Shown here: positions 51,242-64,000 of the stretch, one piece after another
Layout: each line of letters opens with the position of its first letter
Numbering within the stretch: the first letter of the stretch is position 1
Assembly (NCBI RefSeq): GCF_018350175.1
Contig: NC_058368.1
Coordinates: 203,114,001-203,178,000 of the forward strand
From: Felis catus
Taxonomy: Eukaryota
Length of the DNA stretch: 64,000 bases
Reading direction: 5' to 3'
The notes under the pieces: model-generated
Seen by the model: only the letters and a program-made list of their open reading frames with translations
Databases searched by the model: none
What the model was told of the DNA's origin: nothing
Made by a program: the position numbers and the translations under genes

Positions 51242-51461
51242 TTTTTTTTTATTTTTTTTAACATTTTACTTATTTTTGAGACAGGGAGAGACAGAGCATG
51301 AACGGGGGAGGGTCAGAGAGAGGGAGACACAGAATCTGAAACAGGCTCCAGGCTCTGAACTGTCAGCACAGAGACCGACGCAGGGCTCGAACTCACAGAC
51401 CGTGAGATCATGACCTGAGTCGAAGTCGGTCGCTTAACCGACTGAGCCACCCAGGCGCCCC
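51242..51461 (-). mobile_element. Young Can-SINE
   Basis: TSD cagttactgacttta. Confidence 0.97.
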
Positions 51462-52397
51462 CAGTTACTGACTTTACACTCCAAAACAGTAAATATTGGG
51501 AATGTAGCGTTAATAATTGTGAACGCCAATTACTTCTAACATCAAACCATATTGCTAGAGATGTTGTCAAAAGAATTAAACATAAATCTTTAAACTTTAA
51601 AGGGAAAAATATACAAATCTAATATTGTCCCTTAATTTGTTATCAGCATAATATTTTACTTTTAAATATCTACTAAGAGCTTTAGTGAAATTTGAATTGT
51701 AGTTCTTTTATGGTGGTTTTTTTCTCTAGCACTGGGAATAAGAACTAAATTTTGAGATCTGTATATTATAGTAATAAAATCAATATTTTATATTAACAAA
51801 ATCAAAGGGATTCTGGTTCTTCCATTCAAAACATTCATGATTTTGTGAAATTTTCCATCAGATCAAGATTTTTTATTGCAACCATGAAGAAAAAAAAGAG
51901 TAATTGATTTCTATACCGTTAAATAAGAAGGCTTTGGCTATATCTGGAAATTCTGTTGAAACACATGGTGGAAATGTGTTTGCTACCCATAGAAGGAAAG
52001 AAGAGCAAGTCACTGAGAAGGATTATGCCCAAACTAAGAAATACCATGGCTAAGAATTGGGAAACTAGAACAAGACTACCAAAGGTCACATACTGTCATT
52101 ACCATTTACTAGCTCTGTGACCACGGGCCCCACCTTCAAAATGAGAATGAAAAGATAAAAAGAGACAATTCTTGTTAGACCCCTTAGGCCAGCCTCTGGC
52201 AAAAATAAGTGCTCAACAGAAACAAACAACCCATCATAAAATAAACTGACTGCCATATCTGGCAGCATGCTAAGCCCCTTATGTAGTTTATCTCATTTAA
52301 TCTTCTCAACAACACCAAAAAGTAGATTCTTTATTACCCTCATCTTCTGTGAAGCCAGTATTATGCTAAAGAAAGAGAGAGACAGGAGAGACAAAGC

Positions 52398-52424
52398 ACA
52401 CACACACACACACACACACACACA
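52398..52424. repeat. (CA)n microsatellite
   Basis: Direct inspection. Confidence 0.95.
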
Positions 52425-53231
52425 TCGAGCTTCTTAAAAATGAAACGGTGATAACAGAGAACTTGTGTTAGTTTGTGTTTAACAATTCTGGATGTTATAA
52501 AAATATGTTAACTAATCAGCTAGATATTTAGAAGCAATTCTATTTAATTATAAACATTTCTCCATTATTCAGTGCTTAATATGAAGGCTATTTATTATCT
52601 GCGAGTTTCATTGCTTTTTCTCCCTCCATCCCTTTCATGGAACATACAGTTATTGTCAGGAAAATAAAGCTAAGTCAGACTTTAATTCTATAGCACATAT
52701 TTAGTGAATAGTTTATACATGTGTGGCACTGCAACGGTCCCTGTTTGGAAGGGGAGGGGAGAATTGAATCAAGAAATAATATTGTTAGGATGTGGGAGAG
52801 ATTGAGCCAACAAAATCTGGTGGGAGAAATTAAAGATACACAGCCTATCATTATGAATAATCAAGACAGATTTTTAAATACTTACTAATAGGCTTCAAAG
52901 TAAATGAAGATGTCCATTTAAATAACCATTCACAGATTAAACACATTTTTTTATTATCATTTCTGTGAGTGTTTTTCCCCCTAGCACTCCACTATCCTCC
53001 TTAAAATTTATATGAATCTTTTGTTTCTCAAATTTCTCCTCAGGCAAATTTCCTGTGCTATATCTCCAAAGACAAATAGAGGTGAAGAATATGTCTCCTG
53101 GTAAAATAATAATTTCCCCATCACTATTAGTTAATCTCTGCTCACAGTGGCTGTATTGAACATTGCTTTGGCTCATTCATGCATTTGAATGATTTATCAG
53201 TATAAATGTAAAAGAGAAATAGTATATTTGT

Positions 53232-53299
53232 ATAGTGTATACATGATTCTTTTGCTGTTCAGCCTTGCATAGTGTATACATGATTCTTTTGCTGTTCAG
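53232..53299. repeat. Tandem duplication, 31 bp identical, period 37
   Basis: atagtgtatacatgattcttttgctgttcag at 53232-53262 and 53269-53299. Confidence 0.95.
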
Positions 53300-53911
53300 A
53301 TCGACCCCCTTTAGGATATTTCCAAACCTGACAGCCATTTTTCAGTCCAGGACAAAGCTCTCATTTCAGAATTTCCCGAGATAAATTATTCTAAAAAATT
53401 ATTTAAAGTTCTCTACTTTTGTTTTTTAATATCCATTCCATCTTAGCAGCAAAATGTGTTGCATAATTTTAAGTGTCTAGGCATAGGGAGTTTATTAATC
53501 ACTATTCCATTTTATTTTGTGTAACTGGAAAGTGTTAATTTACTTCTAGAATCCCACCTCTACAAGGAAGGTATAATGGGCTGTCATAATTTCTTCTTGT
53601 GACAGGGGGAAATGTTAATGCATGAATGGTCACAGCCTCCTTCACTCCCCTACCCTTGCTTAGTGTCTGAGTTCTTCATTATATTGGTCTTTATGTCAGT
53701 CAGGATTAGAGTTAGGTATTAAGTGACACAGTAAAAAACAAAAACAAAAAAATAGATTACTTACATTATGACAGCTAAAATCCATTCTAGGAGAAAATAA
53801 TGAATTTGGAAAAGGAGGAAAACAGAGAAAGAAATAGAGAAGACCAAGAGTGGTTTGAGTTTCAGAGACAATTTTTGGAGGGAGAGAAAGACAATGAAAG
53901 AAGAATGTCGA

Positions 53912-54122
53912 AGGGCATCTGGGTGGCATGGTTGGTTAAGCCTCTGAGTCTTGGTTTCAGCTCAGATCATGATTTGATGGTTTGTGGGAATGAGCTCCGC
54001 GTTGGGCTCTGGGCTGATGGCACAGAGCCTGCTTGGGATTCTCTCTTTCCCCCACCCCCCCCCCCGTTCTCTCTCCTGCTCATGTTCTCTCACTCTGTCT
54101 CTCAAAATAAATAAATAAACAT

Positions 54123-54166
<44 letters not shown>

Positions 54167-54170
54167 AGAA
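53912..54170 (+). mobile_element. Can-SINE with (GAAA)n tail
   Basis: Head, body, C tract and GAAA tail. Confidence 0.93.
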
Positions 54171-54435
54171 AGTTGAGGGAGAAGCAAATAAACCAAGAAC
54201 TGGGTGTGAAGTGAAGTGAAGGTTGAGGGCAAAAACCTTACTGTGATGACTTGGGAGATATTTGGGTGTAGCAGATTTTTCAGATATTTTGCAGTGGTTC
54301 ACGTGTAATCAATCACTCTTGGCATTTTTCAAGAATACATAAAAAAATAATTTAAATTGGTTTTCAATTTCTAGACTGAGTTCTTCATGCATGCCATCCC
54401 CTGTGGGACATTATTCTGTTGAAATGGGCCATGTG

Positions 54436-54640
54436 GGGGCATCTGGGTAGCTCATTTGGTTAAGTGTCTGATTCTTGATTTTAGCTCAGGTCATGATCTC
54501 ACAGTTTGTGAGTTTAAGCCCTACATTGGGCTCCATGCTGATGGTGTGGAGCCTGCTTGGGATTCTCTTTCTCTTCCTCACTCTCTGCCCCCCTGTTCGT
54601 GCTCCCCAGCCAAAATAAATAAATAAACTTAAAAAGAAAA
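54436..54640 (+). mobile_element. Can-SINE
   Basis: TSD gaaatgggccat. Confidence 0.94.
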
Positions 54641-54729
54641 AGAAATGGGCCATTAGGAAGTTCAGCTTTATTCGGATTATTTACTATGATATTTACCTTT
54701 GTTGTAATTGTGTCTTTAGTGGCCTGTGC

Positions 54730-54867
54730 TTCTTACTAGACTATAATCCCCATAAGGATAGGAATTCTGTCTTAATCATTTTTGTAACCTTATCATCTTG
54801 AACAACATCTGGTCAGTACTAGATGTTCAATGAACATTAATTAAATTAATTAATTAATTAATTAATA
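54730..54867 (+). mobile_element. L2 3' end with (TTAA)n tail
   Basis: actagactataatccccataaggataggaattctgtctt...tagatgttcaatgaaca. Confidence 0.6.
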
Positions 54868-55402
54868 AGATGCCCGAAGTCTTATACCAACGTCAGTCAC
54901 AATAACATGGAGGAAAAATGTCTTAACATAGAAAAGTTCTTCAAAGTTTGGAATCAGTTATGTAACAAAATTTTTCCCCAAAGGTAAGAACAGACATGGC
55001 CTACATTTTTCTGCAGCATTGATTTATCTTTTTGCATGGGCAAATTACACATCAGAGCACCCACACACAGTGTCTTGCAAAAGAGGACAAATATGATAAA
55101 GAAGACATTTTACCGACTTTAAGGTGAAGAAGACACAAAGTAGACAGTAGAGACAATAAATGTGTTAATGTCTATAATTTACTGCACCTATGTGATAATC
55201 TACTACAGTTTTTAAACTATATTTTTCCCAAAAGATCAACATATTCAAATCAGATAGTTGCAATCTTAAAATATACTGATTGATTGTGAATGAAGCCAGT
55301 AGGAGATTCAATTTTTTGAAACTTCAAAGTTTGTAAGTCAAATTTTATTATATGGTAAATTATATTTTAATTGCCTTTTTGTCAAGAAGTTTAATTAAGG
55401 CA

Positions 55403-56290
55403 ATTCATTCATCAACCAGATATATAATGAGCATTATTGTGTACCAGGCACTGTGCAATGTACTAGAGACTGAACAAAGAACAGACACAATTCGTACTCT
55501 CAGGAACCTTGGAACAATAAAATAAAATACAATGACTATACAATGGAATTGTACATGGGGCAAATGAGAGATCCTCAGTCTGTGAAAGAGCCAGGGAAGG
55601 GTTCACAGATAAAGGCATATCTGAAGCTATACTGTGAACCAATTCCCTATGCAGGTGAAACCAAACAAACAAACAAACAAATATAAAGACAAGGAGCTCA
55701 GGGCCAGCTCAGTGCACTTAGTGAAGGGCAACTTTTCCAGTATTGTTACCACTTAGGAAATGAAAAATGATGGGAGAATTGATGAAAATTGAGGCTAGAA
55801 AGGAAACTAGCGGCCTTGTATGCCTTCCTAGGAAGCATGGATTTCATGTTGAGGGAGAGATTTGTGTCCTGTGGTTGCATCGTGAGGTAGGTTAGAGAGT
55901 GTGAGACTGAAGGCAGGGGTCTTAGAGGACCCGTGGTACTGTCCAGGGGAAGAGTGATGAGGATCTAATACAGGGCAGAATTGGTAGGGGAAGAAATGAA
56001 CGGTGAGTAGGAAACACCTTTAGAAATTTGCAAGACTTGGTATCTGACAGGATGGGGAGAGGAATAAATGTAAAAAATGACTCTCAGCTTTCCAGATGGG
56101 AGACTGGGTAAACAGCAGTGCCAAACCCTGTATCTGGGAATACCGAAAAGGACAGAAAGCTGATGAGTTCAGTTTGAGGCATGTTGAATTTGATGGTGAT
56201 GTCTAGAGATGTGCTCAGGAGCAAACTTCTGGCTCAACAGAGAGATTTGAGAGTTTTGTGGGTCCATATGGCCGTTGAAGACTGAAGAGA
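55403..56290 (-). mobile_element. L2 fragment
   Basis: ttcattcatcaa...gagcattattgtgtaccaggcactgtgc; gatgagttcagtttgaggcatgttgaatttga. Confidence 0.8.
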
Positions 56291-59131
56291 ACACCACAAG
56301 TGTTTGGAATATCCTAACAAAGCTATTACCTTCAATTTGTCTACATTCTAAATCTAGACTTTCACAGATGAAGGTTTGTTGAAAACAGTGGTTCATAAAC
56401 TTTTGTTTCCTACTGCATAACATGCAGGAAACATGAAACACTCTTAAAAGGTACCAGAAGCTTAGTATAGCAGGATTTTTCCCAACAAAAGTTAAAGAAA
56501 TTCATGACCACTAAACCAGCCCTACAAGAATTGTTAAAGGAGACTCTTTGAGTAGAAATGAAAGACCAGACCATAAGCAAGAGTAAAGAAAGTAGGAAGT
56601 AGAAAGGCAGAAAAAAAAATTATGCCTATAAAAATCAGTCAAGGGACTCAAAATAAAAGGATATAAAGTATGACACCATATACCTAAAATATGGGGAAGC
56701 AAAAAGTAAAGAATGGGTTCAAACTTAAGTGACCATCAACTTAATATAGACTGCTATATATAGAAGATGTTGTATACACACTGAAGGGTAGTCACAAAAA
56801 AGAAGTAATAAATACACAAAGGAAAAAAAGAGAGAAAGGAATTCGAGTATATTACTAAAGAAAGTCAACTTATTATGAGAGAAGAAAGCAAGGAAAGGAA
56901 TAGAAAAGTACTACAAAACAACCACAAAACAAGTAACAAAATGGTAATAAAGCTATCGTAATTACATTGATGTAAATGGACTAAACACTCCAATCAAAAG
57001 GCATAGGGTGACAGTATGGATTAAAAGACAAAATCCATCTATATATTGCCTACAAGAGACACATTTCAGACCTAAAGACAAATTGGTTGAATTTGTTGAA
57101 ATTCATTTATCATGCATTTATCATGCAAATGAATGTAAAACAAAGACTGTAACAAGAGACAGAGAAGGACTATATAATCATCCAGGGGACAATCCAGAAG
57201 ATATAACAACTGTAAATGCACCAAACATGAAAGCACACAAATGCTTAAAGCAGTTAACAAACATAAAAGAAATATATGATAGTAATGTAATAATAGTAGA
57301 GGACTTTAACACCCCACTTACATCAATGGACAGATCTTCCAAATAAAAAATCAACAAAGAAACAGTAGCTTTGAATGACACATTGGACCAGATGGATTTA
57401 AAAGACATATTCAGAACAGTCTATCTTAAAACAGAAGAATACACATTCTTTTCAAGTGCATATGGAACATTCTCCAGAATAAAGTACATATTAGGCCACA
57501 AAACAAGTGTAACAAATTCAAAAAGATCAAAGTCATTCCATGCATCTTTTCTGACCACAATGCTCCAAAATTAGAAATTAACCACAAGAAAAAAATCTGG
57601 AAAGAGCACAAATACATGAAGGTTAAATAATATGCTACTAAAGAATGAATGGGTCAACCAAGAAAGCAGAGTTCAAAAAATACATGGAGACAAATGAAAA
57701 TGAAAATACAATGATGCAAAATCTTTGGGATACAGCAAAAATGGTTCTGAGAGGGAAGTTTATAGTAATACAAGTCTACCTCAAGAAGCAAGAAAATTTT
57801 CAAATAAACAACCTAATATTACACCTAAATGAGCCAGAAAAAGAAAAAAAAATGGCAAAGTCAGTAGAAGGAAGATTGGAGCCAAAATAAACAAAATAGA
57901 AAGTAAAAAAACAATAGAACACATCAGTGAAACCAGGAGCTGTTTCTTTGAAAAGATCAACAAAATTGATAAACCTTTAGCCAGACTAAAAAAAAGGGGG
58001 GGGGGAGGCAAGAGGACTCAAATAAACAAAATCAGAAATGAAAGAGAAGAAATAACAACTGACACCACAGAAATACAAAGGATTATATGAGAATATTATT
58101 AAAAATTATATGCCAACAAACTGGACAACCTAGAAAAAAAAATGGATAAATTCCTAGAAACATAAAGTTTCCCAAAATTTAATCAGGAAGAATAGAAAAT
58201 TTGCACAGATTGATTATCAGCAATGAAGTTGAATCAATAATAAAAAAAAAAAAAAATCCCAACAAAAGTCCAGGACCAGATTGCTTCACAGGTGAATTCT
58301 ACCAAACATTTAAAGACTTGTTAATACTTATTCTTCTCAAACTGTTCCAAAAAACAGAAGAAGGAAAACTTCCAAATTCCTTCTATGAGGCCTGCATTTC
58401 CTTGATACCAAAACCAGATAAAGACACTACAACAAAAAAAGAGAGCTACAGGCCAATATCTCTGATGAGCACAGATGCAAAATCCTTAATAAAATATTAG
58501 CTAACAAAATCCAACAATACATTAAAAAAAAAAACATTCATCGTGATCAAGTGGGATTTATTCCAGGATGCAAAAGTGGTTCAATATCTGCAAATCAGTC
58601 AATGTGATATCACACATCAATAACAGACAGGACAAAACCATATGATATTTCAGTGGATCCAGAAAAAGCATTTGACAAAATACAAAATCCATTCACAGTA
58701 AAAATCCTCAACAAAGTAGGTTTAGAGGTAACATACCTTAATATAATAAGGGCGACATATGAAAAACCTACAGCTAACATCATACTCAATGGTGGAAAAC
58801 TGAACGCTTCCCCCTAAGACCAGGAAAAAGACAAGGATGTCCATTATCACCACTTTTAATCAATAGTACTGGAAGTCCTAGCCACAGCAATCAGACGAGA
58901 AAAAGGAATAAAAGTCATCTAAATTGGAATTTGTAATGAAGAATTAAACTTTTACTAGTGCAGGTGATACTACATATAGAAAACCCTAAAGACTCCACCA
59001 AGAAAACTTTTAAAACTGATAAATGAATTCAGTAAGGTCACAGGATACAAAATTTGTGTACAAAATTTATGTAATGCATGTCTATACATTAATAATGCAG
59101 CAACAGAAAGAGTAATTAAGAAAGCAATTCT

Positions 59132-59357
59132 GGGGGCATCTGGGTGGCTCAATCGGTTAAGCACTTGACTCTTGATTTTGGTTCAGGTCGTGATTTCACA
59201 GTCGTGAGATCGAGCCCTGCATCAGGCTCTGTGCTGGGTGTGGAGCTTGCTTAAGATTCCTTCTTTCCCTTTCCCTCTGCCCTTCCCCCTGTTCATTCTC
59301 TCTCTAAAAAACAAACAACAACAACCACCAAAACAAAAACAAAAAACAAACAAAAAA
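59132..59357 (+). mobile_element. Can-SINE in L1 ORF2
   Basis: TSD aagaaagcaattc. Confidence 0.95.
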
Positions 59358-60729
59358 AAGAAAGCAATTCCATTTACAATAGCACCATATAATAATACAA
59401 CACCTACGAATGAACCTAACTAAGGAGGTAAAAGACCTATATTCTGTAAACTGTAACACACTGATGAAAGAAATTGAAGATGACACAAACAAATGGAAAG
59501 ATATTTCATGCTCATGAATTCGAAGAACAAATATTATTAAAATGCCCATAGCACCCAAAGCAATATACAGATTTAATACAATTCTTACCAAAATACCAAA
59601 GCATTTTTCAAAGAACTAAAACAAATAACCCTGAAGTTTATATAAAACCACAAAAGACTCCATATAGCCAAAGCAATCTTGAAAAAGAAAAACAAAGCTG
59701 TAAGTAACAATTTCCAGATTTCAAGTAATATTACAAAGTTATAATGATCAAGGCAGTATGGTACTGACACAAAAATACACATATAGATCAATGGAACAAG
59801 ACAGAAAACCCGAAAACAAACTCATGATTCTATGGTCAATTAATCTTTGACAAAGAGACAAGATTATACAATGAGAAAAATACAGTCTCTTCAATAAATG
59901 GTGTTAGGAAAACTGGACAGCTACATGCAAAAGAACAAAGCTGGACCAATTTTTATCTCATACACAATAATAAACTCAAAATGGATTAAAGACCCGTATG
60001 TGAGATATGAAACCATAAAAATCCTAGAAAAGACAAGCAGCAATTTCTTTGACATCGGATGTAGCAATATTTTTCTAGATATGCCTCTTGAGGCAAGGGA
60101 AATAAAAGCAAATATAAACTATTGGGAGTACATCAAAATAAAGTTTCTGCACAGTTTCTTTCAACAAAACTAAAAGAAAACTTATTGAATGGGAGAAGAC
60201 ATTTGCAAATGACATATCCAATATCCAAAATATATAAAAAACACTTACGCAACTCCATAAAAACAAAAATCCAATCAAAAGAAGGGCAGAAGACATGAAC
60301 AGATATTTCTCCAAAGGAGACATACAGATGGCCAACAAACACATGAAAAGATGCTCAATATCACTCATCATCAGGGAAATGCAAATCAAAACTACAATGA
60401 GATATCACTTTACATCTGTCAGAATGACTAAAATAAAAAACACAAGAAACAACAGGTGTTGGCAAGGATGTGGAGAAAAAGGAATATTTGTGCACTGCTG
60501 TGGGAATGCACACAGGTGCAGCCAGTGTGGAAGATTGTATGGAGGTTCCTCAAAAAAATTAAAAATAGAACTACCCTACTATCCAGTAATTGTATTACTG
60601 GGTATTTACCCAAAGAATACAAAAACACTAATTTGAAAGGATATATGCACCCCTATGTTTACTGAAGTATTATTTACAATAGTCAAATTATGGAAGCATC
60701 CCATGCGTCCATTGATAGATGAATGGATA

Positions 60730-60968
60730 AAAATATAGTATATAAATATATGCTATATAAATATAATATATTTATGTAAATATATAATACATTTATAGAT
60801 TATATTATATGAATATTCTTAGTATATATTATGTATACTATATATAGTATATTATAGAATACATTGGTATGTAATAATATAATATAATTATATTATATCA
60901 TATAAATATATTTAGTATATATGGTATATTTATATACTATATCTTTATCCATTCATCTCTATATATAC
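60730..60968. repeat. TA-rich expansion in the L1 3' region with inverted arms
   Basis: Arms at 60717-60750 and 60925-60958. Confidence 0.9.
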
Positions 60969-61122
60969 AATGGAATATTATTCAGCTACAAAAAGAAGGA
61001 AATCTTGCCATTTGCAACAACATAGATGGACCTAAAGAGTATAATGCTAAGCAAAATAAGCCAATCAGAGAAAGACAAATACCATACTATTTCACTCATG
61101 TGTAGAATTTAGAAACAAAGCA

Positions 61123-61336
61123 GGGGCGCCTGGGTGGCTCAGTTGGTTGAGCATCTGACTTCGGCTCAGGTCATGATCTCGTACTCTGTGAGTTCAAGCC
61201 CCACGTCGGGCTCTGTGCTGACAGCTCAGAGCCTGGAGCCTGCTTCGGATTCTGTGTCTCCCTCTCTCTCTGCCCCTCCCCCGCTCATGTTCTGTCTCTC
61301 TCTGGGTCAAAAATAAATAAAATTTAAAAAAAAAAT
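61123..61336 (+). mobile_element. Can-SINE in the L1 3'UTR
   Basis: Full element; degenerate TSD ttagaa..caaa.ca. Confidence 0.95.
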
Positions 61337-61958
61337 TAGAAGCCAAACAAATGAACAAAGGAAAAAGAGAGAGAGAAACCAAGAAACGTACTCTTAGTTA
61401 TAGAGAATAATCTGATGATTACCAGTAGGGAGATCAGGGAGGGAATGGGTGAAATGGGTGAAGGGGATTAAGAGTACACTTCTCATGATGAGCACCCAGT
61501 AATCTATAGAATTATTGAATCACTGTATTGTACACCTGAAACTAATATGATATGACACTGTGTATTAACTATACTGTAATTAAAATAAAAAAATTTAGTC
61601 CTTGATCACAAAAGTGATATAGTTTACTAAAGGCATTTCAAGTATGTTATTTCTAATACTGGAAGAATTTTGTGGCCTTGATTCTATTATATGAATTCTC
61701 ATTTTTCACAGAAACACACACACACATACATGCACACACATAGTTTGCATTAGTAAAACATTTTCCTCTTTTTTCTACATTCGAATTCATATGTTATATC
61801 AGATGCTACAAGTATCAATTACAGCTCCCTGGCTATAATTTGTTTTAAATTACTTTGCTGGCAGGATGATTATTTAGATGGTTTCATTATTTAGACATTT
61901 GTGCTTACTTAATGTGCTATGGCAAAAATAATAGTACTATTTTATGATTATATTTAAA

Positions 61959-62169
61959 TTTTTTTTAATCTTTATTTTTGAGAGAGAGAGAGGGAGACAG
62001 AGTGAGAGCAGGGGAGGAACAGAGAGAGAGGGAGACGCAGATTCTGAAGCAGGCTCCAGGCTCTAAGCTGTCAGCACACAGCCCAAAGCAGGGTTCTAAC
62101 CCACGAACCATGAGATCATGACCTGAGCCAAAGTCGGTCGTTCAACTGACTGAGCCACCCATGCACCCC
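61959..62169 (-). mobile_element. Can-SINE
   Basis: TSD atgatta(t/a)attt. Confidence 0.94.
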
Positions 62170-63789
62170 CATGATTAAATTTTAATTATATTTGCTTCAT
62201 GTAAATGAAGAAAGTAGATCTCAGAAATAAAGAGGGATTGACCTGAGATTCTCAAAGTCTATACCCATCTGAAAATATTTAACTCCTTAGCTACTTTTTT
62301 ATTAGGAAAAAGTAAACTCGCATATCAAGAATATGAACACATCCACTGAAAGCCCATTATGTCTGAGCTGTTTCCAAACAGGCCCACCACCTTCACCAAA
62401 TTTAATCTTTGTAGAGTGAAGACTAATCTACATCTTCCCTTACTGTCATCCTTTTCATTTCCACCTTCTCTTCCCCTTTCTTGCCCCCCACATCCAAGCC
62501 TGAAGACACTGGAGTATAATGAAGAAAGGGAGAGAAGGTCATACACAGAGTTACCAGTGGCTGAAGAAGTGAAATTGTGAAGGAAGTGAGGTACCCAAGC
62601 AAGCAATTAGCATAGGGCAAGTGGCTAAAGGGTCAGGGGATGGTGGTGGCAGGCAGCATGGATGAGGGGAAAAGGTAGAGGATGCAGCTGTAGTGGTTGG
62701 AGAAATAGTTGGTGTCCTTGAGTAAACAAGGTAATTTGTAGAATAAATAAGTACATACATGAAGAGCCAGGTTTCTCACCACTCAGAAAAGATTTACAAA
62801 GAAGAGGAGAAGACTACTGTGGAAAAAAGTTGTGAGAGACTTTGAAATGGACCAAAACTACCAATGAAGGTCTTTGGAGGAAAACTAGTGCTAAGTGTAC
62901 GCTTCTGGGATGTCTGTTTCTAAGGGGTCTCTGTGCCTTTCATTGTCTTTGAGCTACTTTACTGTTCTGTAAGCTGTAGATATCAGATATCAATGCAATC
63001 TTTCTCATTTAACACATGTACATGAATGTTGTCAAATGGAAACATAATGGATCTCCCCCTCACCCCTCTTCCAACCACCACCCTTGGAATAAGCCAGTTT
63101 TGTATCTAGTTTTAAATTTGCTTAAGCATTCCTTATCTGCCTTTATATGCGTGGCTCTTTGACTTCTCCTTTTAGCCAGTTGCAATTATCTTGCTATTCA
63201 CTCATTAATGTGAGTTAAGTAAAATATTTGGGTAGTGTTCATTTTATACCTGCATAAGAAATCTAATTTTACTGTTAAAATTTATCTTTTAACACTATTA
63301 AGCAATCCTGAAGCGTTGAATTGGAATTGAAAGTATCTGTGTGTACTCACTGAGTTTTCAAAATATTGACATAGATTTAGAAATAGTCATGACAGTATAT
63401 AGTAACACCTCTCTTTCTCCCATTCTCCACTGAAAGGAACCTGGCTTCCTGGGGACATGGCTGACACAAGGGAGAAACAGGGAAAGATGATAAACTTGGG
63501 ACATTTTTTATGCAATAAAATAAAAATATTCTGAAAGGAGTCAGCTTGAAGGATCTCTTACAGGTCAAAATTTATATAATTTGAATATCAAAATATATAA
63601 TGAGTGTACAGAATTATAGCCTACTAAATAAAATAGGAACCTATTATTCTATACTGATATAAACAAACAAATAAAACATTCTTTCTTATTTCTAATAAAT
63701 AATTACAAATGAATAATCAGTTTTGGGCAACTCTCATAGTGCTAATTGGTAAAGATGGATGCTACCAATAAATCTTAAAACTGGTAAGA

Positions 63790-63980
63790 TTTGATGAAGA
63801 CAGTGTGTTGGGGCAGTGTCAGAATAACTTGACACAAAATACGAATCAAATTCCAAAGGAAAATGATGACTTTGACAAAATTTGGCAACCATCAAATTGA
63901 CCAGGTGATCAGTGGTGGAAATTCACTAAAATTGTGTGTGCTCTGATGTAGTACATGGAGAATGAGAACAGCACTTTTTT
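63790..63980 (+). mobile_element. Ancient L1MC-type 3'UTR fragment (a related piece lies at ~62720-62830)
   Basis: caaaggaaaatgatgactttgaca...tgaccaggtgatca; gagccaggtttctcac. Confidence 0.5.
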
Positions 63981-64000
63981 TCCCTTGCTCTTTTAAATAT

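Larger units (their letters stand above)
56470..61593 (+). mobile_element. Older carnivore L1: ORF1 end, spacer, full decayed ORF2 and 3'UTR, with two SINE insertions
   Basis: ORF1 tail EFMTTKPALQELLK; endonuclease motifs YCLQETH and [24 protein letters not shown]; many stops and frameshifts; tgtacacctgaaactaatat...aattaaaataaaaaa end; no TSD seen. Confidence 0.95.

Noticed and set aside
57008..60665. Endonuclease/RT-like ORFs as an active or domesticated gene
   Set aside because: Heavily disrupted L1 ORF2 with a SINE insertion; the 5'UTR and most of ORF1 are missing.
62325..62760. Four overlapping short ORFs
   Set aside because: Purine/pyrimidine-biased sequence beside old L1 relics with no coding signature.
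1..64000. CRISPR-like array or prokaryotic-type system
   Set aside because: The repeated units are dispersed SINEs at irregular spacing in both orientations; there is no repeat-spacer array or operon.

Overview
This is AT-rich, CpG-depleted mammalian genomic DNA, almost certainly from a felid, judged by about 31 tRNA-derived Can-SINEs including near-consensus cat-type copies and felid/carnivore-type L1s. I find no intact protein-coding gene, RNA gene or CpG-island promoter, so it reads as intergenic or deep intronic sequence. Most ORFs in the supplied track are SINE/L1 fragments or chance ORFs. The main contents are: (1) a 1051-bp solo LTR with a perfect 6-bp TSD, betaretrovirus/ERV-K-like (2271-3321); (2) a 5'-incomplete HMGN1 processed pseudogene (~12795-13919); (3) two decayed L1s (24035-26737, inserted inside a MER58A, and ~56470-61593); (4) a nested stack in which an L2 holds a MER21-like LTR that holds an ERV1-like solo LTR and a SINE (~45560-48010); and (5) older MaLR, LTR16, MER, MIR and L2 relics plus microsatellites. 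I did not find a convincing new biological system. The best leads are the solo LTR, a candidate 6-nt microexon flanked by hairpins (7384-7389), a triple ACGTGCAA cluster (48016-48133) and several fold-back or duplication scars. All repeat family names come from recalled consensus sequences, not database searches.
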